The notes under the pieces are model-generated. The model made no database searches and was not told the DNA's origin. It saw nothing but the letters and a program-made list of their open reading frames with translations. Below, one piece after another: positions 54,373-62,768 of a stretch of 64,000 nt of DNA. Every line of letters begins with the position of its first letter. Position 1 is the stretch's first letter. A program made the position numbers and the translations under genes. The DNA is from an uncultured Dehalococcoidia bacterium (GTDB lineage Bacteria; Chloroflexota; Dehalococcoidia; Lucifugimonadales; UBA1127): the NCBI GenBank assembly GCA_964436745.1, contig CAYTEC010000003.1, positions 5,879-69,878 on the forward strand. The letters run 5' to 3'.

Positions 54373-56820
54373 ATGTCACGTACTCTCCTGGCCCCGTCGC
54401 CCGAGGCCGAAGCGCCCGCCGCTCGCCCTATGTCGCGCCCGCGCCATCGCCGATCCTGGCCCGCGCGACTGGCCAAGTGGCTGGGGATTGTCATGCTCGT
54501 CGGCGGGGGTCTCGCATACGGCGGATATTGGCTGTGGCCCTACCTCGGATACACGGTGGCCCCGGCAGGCGCGTGGCTCCTGCTCCTCATGGTGCACACC
54601 TGGAGGAGTCCCCGACAAGCCACGCAGTTCGCAAACCTGTGGCTGGGGACCCTGGTGCTCCTGTCCGGGACTGCGGGGGTCTTGGAATGGTACGTGCCGG
54701 GGTGGGGCGGCATCGCCGGGGAGCTGCTGATGGGGCCGACGTTCGCCATCGGCGTCGCCCAGATCGCGTCGATCGGCCTCGTGGCCGCCGTGATCCTTGC
54801 GCCGCGCCAAGCATGGGGCCTCACCCGGACGGCAGGCGCCTTGAGCGCGATGGCGGCAGCCTTCGTCGCTCGCATGACACCTCGGACCGCTATCGCTCTC
54901 GGCCGCGGGCTGCGCCTCATCGGCGGAGGGCTATGGGCGGCCGTCCGTGGCGTCGGGCGGGCGCTGGCCACCACCGGGCGCGCGTACGCCCGCTATCCAC
55001 TCCACCGCCCGCTGCTCCGAGCCGCGTGGCGGCTGACCACGCTGCCGTTCAGGCTGCTTCCGAAGCCAAGCCCGCGACCGCGCGGGAAAGTCACGGACAG
55101 GTCCTCGGCCTTCATCGCTTTGCCTCCGCCCCGACAGGGCGCGGAGGGGGCCGAGAGCGCCGCGGACATTGTCATCGACGTGCCCACGCGTGCCCGCACC
55201 AGCGCCGCCCCCGAGCCACGCGAGGGCTGGGTCGTCGCCCCGTCCGTCACGTCGACGCCCCCGCCCGACCCACGCTCGTCACGGATCGTGGACGCCCGAC
55301 CGACCGCCGCGCGCTCGGAGACTACGAGACCATCCGGGGGCGCCTCCGGCTGGACACCGCCGCCCGCGGACATCCTGAAGGTCGGCGAGCGGCGGTGGGT
55401 GTCGGAGGAGGAGAACCGGAAGACGGCGGGGCGGATCGAGGAGGCGCTGAAGGAATACGGCATCGAGGTGAGCGTAGAGGAGATTCGGCCCGGCCCGGTC
55501 GTGACGCAATACGGGCTCGTGCCCGGTTGGGTCCGCCGCTACCGAGAGGTCAAGGAACGCAACTCCGACGGCTCCCCCGCCCTCGACGAGCGCGGCAAGG
55601 CCAAGACAGCCCGCGTGGAAGACAAGACCCGGGTCAAGGTGGACCACATTCTGGCGCGAGAGAAGGATCTGGCGCTGACCCTGGCGGCCTCCAGCCTCCG
55701 GTTCGAGGCCCCCGTGCCTGGCGAGTCGTTCGTGGGCCTAGAGGTGCCCAACGCACGGCCCGCGACCGTGTCCCTGCGGTCGCTGATAGAGACCGACGCC
55801 TACCGCTCGCTCCAACGCCGGGGACGGCTGCCGGTGGCCCTGGGGCAAGGCAGCGGCGGCGAGCCCGTGGTGGCCGACCTGACGGACATGCCGCACCTGC
55901 TCATCGCGGGAGCCACCGGCAGCGGCAAGAGCGTCTGCCTGAATACGGTCATCTGCTCGCTCATCACGCAACTTTCGCCCATGGACGTGCAGATCTCGAT
56001 GGTGGACCCCAAGCGAGTGGAGCTCACCCCCTACAACGGTCTCCCCCACCTGGCCGGCCCGGTCCTGGTGGAAGCGGACCAGGCCGTGCTCGCCCTCCAG
56101 TCCCTCATCAAGGAGATGCGCTCGCGCTACCGCCGGTTCGAGGCGGTGGGCGCCCGGAATATCCAGACCTACAACCGGAAGATGCCTAGCTCGGAGGACA
56201 GGATCCCTTACCTGGTGTTCGTAGTGGACGAGCTGGCTGACCTGATGATGACGGCCCCCGCGGAGGTAGAGCAGTCGCTCTGCCGCCTGGCGCAGCTTGG
56301 ACGGGCCACGGGGATACACCTGGTGGTGGCGACCCAGCGACCCTCCGTGGATGTGCTGACGGGCCTGATCAAGGCCAACATACCCAGCCGCATCAGCTTC
56401 GCCGTGTCCTCGCAGGTCGACGCTCGCACGATCCTCGACGGCGCCGGCGCGGAGAAGCTGCTGGGCCGTGGCGACATGCTCTTCATGCCTGCCGGCGCCG
56501 CCAAGCCCAAGCGGCTCCAGGGCGCCTTCATCTCCGACGACGAGGTCCAAGCTCTGGTGGAGCATTGGAAGGGCCAGCGCGGGCGCGTGCCCACGGCGGT
56601 GAACCTGGAGCCGCCGCCCGAGCCAGAGCCCGCCGACAATGACGTGAGTCGAGCGAGAGACCTGGCGGCCCACCACAGCCGCGTCTCGGCGTCCCTGCTC
56701 CAGCGCAAGCTGGGAATCGGCTACGCCAAGGCCGCGAGTCTGCTTGACCATCTGGAAGAGATGGGCGTGGTTGGTCCGGGGGACCCCGGCAAGTCGCGAA
56801 CGGTCATCGGGTCGGAGTAG
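54373..56820 (+). CDS. ftsK: DNA translocase FtsK/SpoIIIE
   Basis: N-terminal TM segments and a Pro/Arg-rich linker precede the motor domain, which has LIAGATGSGKSV and VFVVDELADLMM. The C-terminal gamma wHTH is LLQRKLGIGYAKAASLLDHLEEMGVVG. Confidence 0.9.
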   Translation: MSRTLLAPSPEAEAPAARPMSRPRHRRSWPARLAKWLGIVMLVGGGLAYGGYWLWPYLGYTVAPAGAWLLLLMVHTWRSPRQATQFANLWLGTLVLLSGTAGVLEWYVPGWGGIAGELLMGPTFAIGVAQIASIGLVAAVILAPRQAWGLTRTAGALSAMAAAFVARMTPRTAIALGRGLRLIGGGLWAAVRGVGRALATTGRAYARYPLHRPLLRAAWRLTTLPFRLLPKPSPRPRGKVTDRSSAFIALPPPRQGAEGAESAADIVIDVPTRARTSAAPEPREGWVVAPSVTSTPPPDPRSSRIVDARPTAARSETTRPSGGASGWTPPPADILKVGERRWVSEEENRKTAGRIEEALKEYGIEVSVEEIRPGPVVTQYGLVPGWVRRYREVKERNSDGSPALDERGKAKTARVEDKTRVKVDHILAREKDLALTLAASSLRFEAPVPGESFVGLEVPNARPATVSLRSLIETDAYRSLQRRGRLPVALGQGSGGEPVVADLTDMPHLLIAGATGSGKSVCLNTVICSLITQLSPMDVQISMVDPKRVELTPYNGLPHLAGPVLVEADQAVLALQSLIKEMRSRYRRFEAVGARNIQTYNRKMPSSEDRIPYLVFVVDELADLMMTAPAEVEQSLCRLAQLGRATGIHLVVATQRPSVDVLTGLIKANIPSRISFAVSSQVDARTILDGAGAEKLLGRGDMLFMPAGAAKPKRLQGAFISDDEVQALVEHWKGQRGRVPTAVNLEPPPEPEPADNDVSRARDLAAHHSRVSASLLQRKLGIGYAKAASLLDHLEEMGVVGPGDPGKSRTVIGSE

Positions 56821-56906
56821 CAACGCCCAGAGCATGAGTCGTCCTTGACGGGACTCCCGCCAGAGACGACTGTGGTAATGGAGCGGTCGCGAGCACGGAG
56901 GACCTG

Positions 56907-58790
56907 TTGGTCAAGGGATTCATCGACATCGTCAGCGCCCTGTTCGGTCGCCAGGAAGGGTCCGGCTACACGGGACCCCTGGTGCAGGACCGATGCCTGG
57001 TCTGCGGCTCGTCGCTCCTGGAGTCGGAGCTGTACGACGTCTACCGGATCTGCCCCGCGTGCCGGTTCCACTACAGCATCACGGCACGACAGCGGGTGGA
57101 GCTCCTGGCGGACGCCGGGACCTTCAAGGAAAAGTACCGCAGCGTCGCTTCGCTGGACCCCTTGTCGTTCAGCGGCAAGATCGCCTACCGCAAGCGCATC
57201 TTCAACGACCAGCGACGCACCGGCCTCACGGAGGCTGCCATCGTCGGTCAGTGCCGCATCGATGGCACGAGCGTCGTCCTGGTCTTCCTGGACTTCAGCT
57301 TCCTGGGCGGGAGCATGGGCTGCGTCGTCGGGGAAAAGGTCGCCCTGGCTTGCGAGCTCGCCGTGAAGAAGGGCCTGCCGCTGGTGGCTGTGGTCACAAG
57401 CGGCGGCGTGAGGCTCCAGGAGGGAGCCTTCTCGCTGATGCAGATGGCCAAGACGGCCAACGCGGTCAACCGACTTCACCGGGAGGGGCTGCCCTACATC
57501 GCCGTGTTCGCCAACCCGACTACCGGGCAGGCGTACGCCAGCTTCGCAAACTTGGCCGACGTGCTGCTGGCTGAGCCGGGCGCCCTGGTGGGATTCGCTC
57601 CCTTGCGGGCCCTCCAGGAGATGGCCGGAGAGCCGCTGCCCGTGGGGTCCCATACGTCGGAGTCGCACTTGGCCCACGGCATGGTGGACAGCGTGGTGGA
57701 TCGCGAGGCGCTCAAGCCCGCCATCGCGTCCCTGGTACAGCTCCTCCGCCCGGCCGCCACCAGCGTCAGGCTCCTGCGGCCCGGCGGCCGCGACGCGACG
57801 CCCGAGGACGCGCTGGAGGCATGGGAGGCGGTCCAGCGGGCCCGCCATCCTGAGCGCCCGACTGCCAGGGACTACATCTCCAGGGTCTTCAGCAGCTTCG
57901 CGGAGATTCACGGCGACCGCTACCTCTCGGACGACCCTGCCGTGGTGTGCGGCGTGGCGGACCTCAGCGGCTGCACCGTCATGGTCATCGGCCAGCAGCG
58001 GCTCACGACCAGGGACGGAAATCAGGGGGCCTACCTGGGCCCGTCCGCGTTCCACAAGGCAAGGCGGGCCATGCTCATGGCCGCCAGGTTCGGAATACCC
58101 GTGGTGACCCTGATCGACACGGCCGGGCCGGCTACCACCCTGGAGGCGGAGGAGGGAGGTCTCGGCCACGCCATCGCCACCACCACCGCCACGCTCGCGG
58201 ATATCGAAGTGCCCACGGTGGCAATCATCATCGGCGAAGGCGGCCGCGAGAGCGCCCTGGCCTTCAGCCTCGCCGACCGCATCCTGATGATGGAAGGCGC
58301 GATCTACTCGCCGATGTCGCCGGAGGCCGCGGCGTCGCTCATGTACCGCGACGACACGCGCGCCGCCGACGCCGCCCGTTCGCTCCGGCTCACCGCCCAG
58401 GACGTGCGGGAGATGCACATAGTGGACACCGTGGTCGCGGAGCCTCCGGGTGGCGCCCACACCGATCCGGACCGCGCGGCCTACCTGCTACGGCGCGCGC
58501 TGGTCCGCGCCGTTGCCCGTGTCCAGAACGTGGCCCACGGCAAGCTCCTGAAGCGACGCTACAGCAAGTTCCGCCACGTGGGCGTCTACACCGACCACTT
58601 CCAGACCACGGTGGCCCGGGAAGTCGAGGCGCTCCAGGGCGCGGTCGTCGAGCGGCGCGAAGCCCGGAAGCGCAAGAAGCGCCCGACGAAGGAAGCCGAG
58701 GGCAAGGTCCTCCAGCTACCGACGGCGGAACTGTCGGAAACCGAGGCGGAGGACTCGCCGCCCCCCGAGCCGCGACCGGCGGCTGAATAG
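56907..58790 (+). CDS. acetyl-CoA carboxylase carboxyltransferase, fused beta (AccD) and alpha (AccA) subunits
   Basis: The TTG start has GGAGGA 5 nt upstream. The AccD zinc ribbon is CLVCGSSLL...ICPACRFH, with FSFLGGSMG. The AccA half has RHPERPTARDYI, VMVIGQQ and LIDTAGP. The acidic/basic tail is RREARKRKKRPTKEAEG...ETEAEDSPPPEP. Confidence 0.9.
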   Translation: MVKGFIDIVSALFGRQEGSGYTGPLVQDRCLVCGSSLLESELYDVYRICPACRFHYSITARQRVELLADAGTFKEKYRSVASLDPLSFSGKIAYRKRIFNDQRRTGLTEAAIVGQCRIDGTSVVLVFLDFSFLGGSMGCVVGEKVALACELAVKKGLPLVAVVTSGGVRLQEGAFSLMQMAKTANAVNRLHREGLPYIAVFANPTTGQAYASFANLADVLLAEPGALVGFAPLRALQEMAGEPLPVGSHTSESHLAHGMVDSVVDREALKPAIASLVQLLRPAATSVRLLRPGGRDATPEDALEAWEAVQRARHPERPTARDYISRVFSSFAEIHGDRYLSDDPAVVCGVADLSGCTVMVIGQQRLTTRDGNQGAYLGPSAFHKARRAMLMAARFGIPVVTLIDTAGPATTLEAEEGGLGHAIATTTATLADIEVPTVAIIIGEGGRESALAFSLADRILMMEGAIYSPMSPEAAASLMYRDDTRAADAARSLRLTAQDVREMHIVDTVVAEPPGGAHTDPDRAAYLLRRALVRAVARVQNVAHGKLLKRRYSKFRHVGVYTDHFQTTVAREVEALQGAVVERREARKRKKRPTKEAEGKVLQLPTAELSETEAEDSPPPEPRPAAE

Positions 58791-58859
58791 GGAGCGGGCC
58801 GGGCCGGGGCAAGGAGCCACAAGGTCAAGGTTGGCCCGTGGCTCCGCCCATCAACTCCT

Positions 58860-59705
58860 CTACGAGCCGCACAAACGGAGCCGCACAAACGCGCTGCCGT
58901 CAATCCAGTTCCCCGGCACCACCCTACCTTTGGTGGTGGCCGGGTTGCGATACTTCCACGGCTTTTGCTCAATGTATCGCTTTCCCCGCAGTTGGAGGTC
59001 AGCGGCGCCTCCCACGTGGCCGAGCTGAACCTGATCCCCCTGCCCCCTTCCGCGCGACAACGCTCCATCCAGGTCTGTGATGCCTTCATAGTTCTTCTCT
59101 CCGGCAGCACTCGGGTCACCGAAGTCACTTCTGTATTTCTTCATGGCGTTGGCAAATCGCCTAGTGACATAGTGGTCGGCGCCCAATACACCACTTGAAA
59201 GGGCAGTCACGTCGTTCCAAGTAATAACGCCGTCGCAACGATATTCGTCGTCATGCTCAACGGGGAGGATCGCTAGATGCCAATGGGAGGCATCGAGACC
59301 TGGTCTGTTCTTGAAGAGGTGACTGAACTGCTCGCGCTGAGAATCCAGCTGAGGGTTGAGAGCGTCGGGCGAGCAACTCGTGAAGAACTTCGCCTCGCAT
59401 ACAATGAGATGCCCGGCAACCACAATGACCAGATCGGGCGCGTCCTTCTTGGAGGGTTCGGGCTCAGCCAACGGTTGTTGAGCGTGCTTGAGGTCGCGGG
59501 CAATGTGGAACTCCGTAATCACCTCGAGATCATCCTCCCTCAACACCGATGGGGGGGTCCAGTGGGCCTTCAACCTCCCAGTTTCCCGGACAGCCCTTGT
59601 CGCAAGTCGGAGGAATGCCTTCAGGCCTTGTTGGTCTTCATCGATCCGATGAAAGAGGATGGCAGGCAGGAGGGTGGCGGAGAAGTATCTCTCAGTGCGG
59701 ACCAC
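58860..59705 (-). CDS. hypothetical protein with an N-terminal PD-(D/E)xK nuclease-like motif, in a low-GC island
   Basis: EVITEFHIARDL...APDLVIVVAGHLIVCEAKFF fits the E...PD-x(n)-E-x-K pattern. A 110-aa C-terminal domain is unassigned. G+C is 53% in my count of 59161-59220. I chose the GTG at 59705 as the first canonical start downstream of the neighbouring gene's stop; the track ORF start at 59945 overlaps that gene by 175 nt. Confidence 0.55.
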   Translation of the reverse strand: MVRTERYFSATLLPAILFHRIDEDQQGLKAFLRLATRAVRETGRLKAHWTPPSVLREDDLEVITEFHIARDLKHAQQPLAEPEPSKKDAPDLVIVVAGHLIVCEAKFFTSCSPDALNPQLDSQREQFSHLFKNRPGLDASHWHLAILPVEHDDEYRCDGVITWNDVTALSSGVLGADHYVTRRFANAMKKYRSDFGDPSAAGEKNYEGITDLDGALSRGRGQGDQVQLGHVGGAADLQLRGKRYIEQKPWKYRNPATTKGRVVPGNWIDGSAFVRLRLCGS

Positions 59706-59770
59706 ATCATCAAACCTATTTATTCCGATCCCTCGTGAGGTTCTAGCCGCGTCGTGCGGACCCGCCGCCC

Positions 59771-60640
59771 TTACCGCCCCACTGTTTCCAGGACGCGCTG
59801 GGCGGCCTCGTAGTCCCTGGCTCCGCCCCGCAGGATCGGCGGCACCAGGTACACGCCCCGAATCCCCGCATCCACGTAGCGCTGAAGGCCCTCCGCGGCG
59901 ATCTCGCTCCCCGGCCTGCCCCGCTCCAGCTCTTCCGTCACGCAAGGCGGAACGTCCCCTAGGACGATTCCGTCCTTGTCGAGCACCTGCAACCCCCAGA
60001 ACACCGGCCGGTCCAGCGTGGTCCCGAACGCGGCCTCGAAAAGCTCCAGGAACCGGGATCGGCGCTCCAGGTCGTAGAACGGTTGAGTGAGGAAGAACTC
60101 AGCACCCGCCTCAACCTTCCGGGCCGCGAGGCGAGCCTCGCTCTCCAAGTCGCGGCCCAGGTCCAGCGTGGCGCCAATGCAGAGGTCTGCGGCGGCGCGG
60201 AGCGTCGAGCCCCTGTAATCGAGCCCCTCGTTGAGCGCCCGTGCGTCGCGGATGAGATCGGTGGGGGTGCAGTCGTCGACGGACCTGACCGGCGCGCGGG
60301 CCAGCTCCCGCTCCATGAACGGATCGCCCCGCAGGATGACCACGTTCTGGACCCCCAGCATCTGCGCGCCCAGCAGCCTTGTGCCTAGGGCCACGCGGTT
60401 CATGTCACGCGTGGCCAGGTTGAACGCGACGTCCGTGCCGACCCGGTCCCGGATGGCGACCGCCGCCGCCACCGGGTCCGCCCGCACCAGCTTGCCGGGG
60501 TTGTAGGCAACGCAGATGAAGTCAGCGTTGAGCCCCCTCACCCGGTCCACCGCCGAGGGGTCGCCGCCGCGGGGCGGCGTGAAGTCGGAAATGACCACGA
60601 GCCCCTGGGCTGGCTGGGCGTATCGGTCCGTGACCTTCAT
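59771..60640 (-). CDS. methylenetetrahydrofolate reductase (MetF)-like protein
   Basis: VVISDFTPPRGGDPS, FICVAYNPGK, VAFNLATRDMN, VQNVVILRGDP and GAEFFLTQPFYD are present. The ATG at 60640 overlaps the upstream stop (ATGA). Confidence 0.7.
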   Translation of the reverse strand: MKVTDRYAQPAQGLVVISDFTPPRGGDPSAVDRVRGLNADFICVAYNPGKLVRADPVAAAVAIRDRVGTDVAFNLATRDMNRVALGTRLLGAQMLGVQNVVILRGDPFMERELARAPVRSVDDCTPTDLIRDARALNEGLDYRGSTLRAAADLCIGATLDLGRDLESEARLAARKVEAGAEFFLTQPFYDLERRSRFLELFEAAFGTTLDRPVFWGLQVLDKDGIVLGDVPPCVTEELERGRPGSEIAAEGLQRYVDAGIRGVYLVPPILRGGARDYEAAQRVLETVGR

Positions 60641-61281
60641 GACGATCCCCCGCTCCCTTCCCGTCCGCGTTCGAACGCGCTCACGAACGCCCCCACCTGC
60701 CGCGGCGTCCGTAGCGTGATGACCGATGCCTGGTGCGGCACCTTCGTCAGGTCTTCCGACAGGCGACGAACGTGACGCTTCCAGGTCGTGACGCTCCACA
60801 GCAGAAGCGAATCGCGGCTGAGAAAGGTCTTTCGCCACGACTCGCGATTGGTCCCCCACAGTACTTCACGAGTCCACGCCCTGCGGAGGGTCCGCGCCAC
60901 GAGCCGCCGGAAGACCACCCGGAACGGCAAGCGCAGCCAGACTACCGTGTCGGCCCGGGAAAGGATTATGTCCCGGACCGCCCGGTAGTTGCCATCGAAC
61001 ACCCATCCGTCCTCGCAGGCAGCGATCCTCTCCAGGACCGCCGCCCGAAACTCGCCATCGGGCGTCGGCTGCCAACCCGGCCGGTGGAAGATAGAGTCTA
61101 GCTCGATGGCTGGCACGCCAAGGCCCGCGGCGATGCGCCGAGCGAGAGTGGACTTACCCGAGCCGGTCGGTCCGTACACGGCGACCCGACGCCCGATCCC
61201 CGAGCGCACCGGCGCGCCGTCCCTCGGAGTCCGGGCGTCCGCCACGACAGGTGGACCTCCTATCGCCCCGAAACACAGCAT
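60637..61281 (-). CDS. P-loop kinase of the adenylate kinase-like / topology modulation (FlaR-like) family
   Basis: VAVYGPTGSGKSTLARRIAAGLGVPAIELDSIFHRPGWQPTP...WVFDGNY...ADTVVWLRLP is present. The start is uncertain: ATG 61281 or GTG 61209. Confidence 0.7.
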   Translation of the reverse strand: MLCFGAIGGPPVVADARTPRDGAPVRSGIGRRVAVYGPTGSGKSTLARRIAAGLGVPAIELDSIFHRPGWQPTPDGEFRAAVLERIAACEDGWVFDGNYRAVRDIILSRADTVVWLRLPFRVVFRRLVARTLRRAWTREVLWGTNRESWRKTFLSRDSLLLWSVTTWKRHVRRLSEDLTKVPHQASVITLRTPRQVGAFVSAFERGREGSGGSS

Positions 61282-61301
61282 CGTGAGGAATTCGCGCGGC
61301 C

Positions 61302-61619
61302 TTCGACAAGCTCAGGCCGAACGGAAACTGCGCCAACTACCGTTCGTGGTGAGCTTGTCGAACCACGGACTCCCCGCAAGCGCGGCGCCACGGTCCGACG
61401 ACTCCGGGGCTAGGCTACCAACTCTCCCCAGACTGGGTGCAGTGCACGTCCTGCTCGTTCGTGGCGAGCTTGTCGAACCACCGACGCCCCGCAAGCGCGG
61501 CGCGCTGGTCAGACCACTCCGGGGCTAGGCTACCTCCTCTCCCCAGACTGGGTGCAGGGCGCGCCCTGCCCGTTCGTGGCGAGCTTGGCGAACCACCGAC
61601 GGTGAAAGCGCGGCAGATC
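61302..61619. repeat. tandem 115-bp repeat (2.4 units) plus one inverted copy of its 23-bp core; REP/MITE-like intergenic element
   Basis: Units start at 61341, 61456 and 61571. Units 1 and 2 match at about 101 of 115 positions by manual alignment. Each begins CGTTCGTGG(T/C)GAGCTTG(T/G)CGAACCAC. An inverted core TTCGACAAGCTCAGGCCGAACGG at 61302-61324 pairs with 61340-61362. Confidence 0.85.
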
Positions 61620-62576
61620 CTACAGTGTCGCGCTCACCGCGGCCACCAGCTCCAGGGTGCGTCGCATGGACGACTCCCGGTCGGCGCCCGCCGTCACGGG
61701 GTGGGCCAGCACCTCGGTCGCGCCCCAGGCGAGCAGCTGCCGGAGCCGAGCGGCCACGGTCTCCTCATTCCCCATGAACACCACGTCCTCCAGCATCGCG
61801 TCGCTCCAGCCCCCCTCGAAGGCCTCGGGGTGCCCTGCGTCGGCGAACATTCGCTGGTAGAAGGGCGACCTGGGGTAATTGCCAAGCTGCTCCCGGGCCG
61901 CCGCGCAGGCCTCGGCCAGGTCGTCGTGGACGCACACCCCGGCGTGAGCGATGAGCGGAGGCGCTGGTCGACCCGCCCGCTGAGCCCCCTCCTGGATGGC
62001 GGGCACCGCCACATCCCGCAGGTAGTCGCCGGGGCACACCCAGCTGATAGCCCCGTCCGCCACCTCTCCGCACAGCTCGAAGGATGTCCTCCGCAGCGCC
62101 GATCCCATCACCGGCACGTCCGTCACGGGGCCGCCGGGGACGCGGGCGTGGGCGTGGTACTGCGTACCGTCGAAGTCCACTGACCCGTCGGAAATGAGCG
62201 ACTTGACGATGTGGATGTACTCGCGCAGGTTGGTCACCGGCGCCCGGTGGTCGATCCCGTACGTCGCCTCGACGCTCACCTTGTGGCTCGGACCCAGGCC
62301 GAGCCGGAAGCGCCCAGGGGCGAGCTGGGCCACTACCAGAGCCTGCTGGACTGCCGTGATGGGGTGTCGTGGGTAGGTGGGCGTGATGGCGGTCCCGAGC
62401 AGAATGCGCTCGGTGCGCACGGCTGCGGCGGCGAAGACTGTGATAGCATCCAGCCCCGCGCCTCCCGTCGTCAGCCACGCCGCCGAAATGCCGAGCCGTT
62501 CCATCTCCTCGATTCGGGCGACCACCGCGTTGCTGTCGCCGCCCATCGCGGCGACGCCGATCCGCTGGGTTGTCAT
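61620..62576 (-). CDS. LLM-class flavin/F420-dependent oxidoreductase
   Basis: GISAAWLTTGGAGLDAITVFAAAAVRTERILLGTAITPTYPRHP and GRFRLGLGPSH show the luciferase-like TIM-barrel pattern. 318 aa. Confidence 0.8.
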   Translation of the reverse strand: MTTQRIGVAAMGGDSNAVVARIEEMERLGISAAWLTTGGAGLDAITVFAAAAVRTERILLGTAITPTYPRHPITAVQQALVVAQLAPGRFRLGLGPSHKVSVEATYGIDHRAPVTNLREYIHIVKSLISDGSVDFDGTQYHAHARVPGGPVTDVPVMGSALRRTSFELCGEVADGAISWVCPGDYLRDVAVPAIQEGAQRAGRPAPPLIAHAGVCVHDDLAEACAAAREQLGNYPRSPFYQRMFADAGHPEAFEGGWSDAMLEDVVFMGNEETVAARLRQLLAWGATEVLAHPVTAGADRESSMRRTLELVAAVSATL

Positions 62577-62698
62577 GTGTCCCTCCCCTGGTTAGGCTAC
62601 CGGCAGCGGTGCCTTCGGGCAGTGTATCAGGGGGTTCTCTGCCCTTCAAGCAGACACTCACGACGTCCCCGGAGCCGGCCCGGCCCGTGTGAAGGGCA

Positions 62699-62727
62699 CT
62701 GACACGGCGCACCTCAGGTGCTATCCT
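62699..62727 (+). promoter_or_regulatory. putative promoter of the CoA-transferase gene with a 13-bp palindrome in the spacer
   Basis: CTGACA (62699-62704), a 17-nt spacer, then TATCCT (62722-62727). The palindrome GCACCTcAGGTGC occupies 62709-62721. AGGAGG precedes the ATG at 62769. Confidence 0.35.
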
Positions 62728-62768
62728 GCACAATCGGCAGGGGAGGAACGAGATTGCAGGAGGGACGC

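Noticed and set aside
59706-59945. The upstream 80 codons of track ORF 58860..59945 (ATG at 59945) as part of the nuclease-like protein.
   Set aside because: This segment overlaps the 3' end of the MetF-like gene by 175 nt, is Arg/Gly/Pro-rich, and has the high G+C of the neighbouring gene rather than of the island.
61302-61619. The tandem repeat block as a CRISPR array.
   Set aside because: The units are 115 bp and directly abutting, with no unique spacers. Only 2.4 copies are present. No cas genes are in the window.
62580-62600. GGTTAGGCTACCGG upstream of the LLM gene as another copy of the repeat (which contains GGGGCTAGGCTACC).
   Set aside because: Only about 10 nt are shared, with no flanking similarity. 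This is within chance expectation for high-GC sequence.
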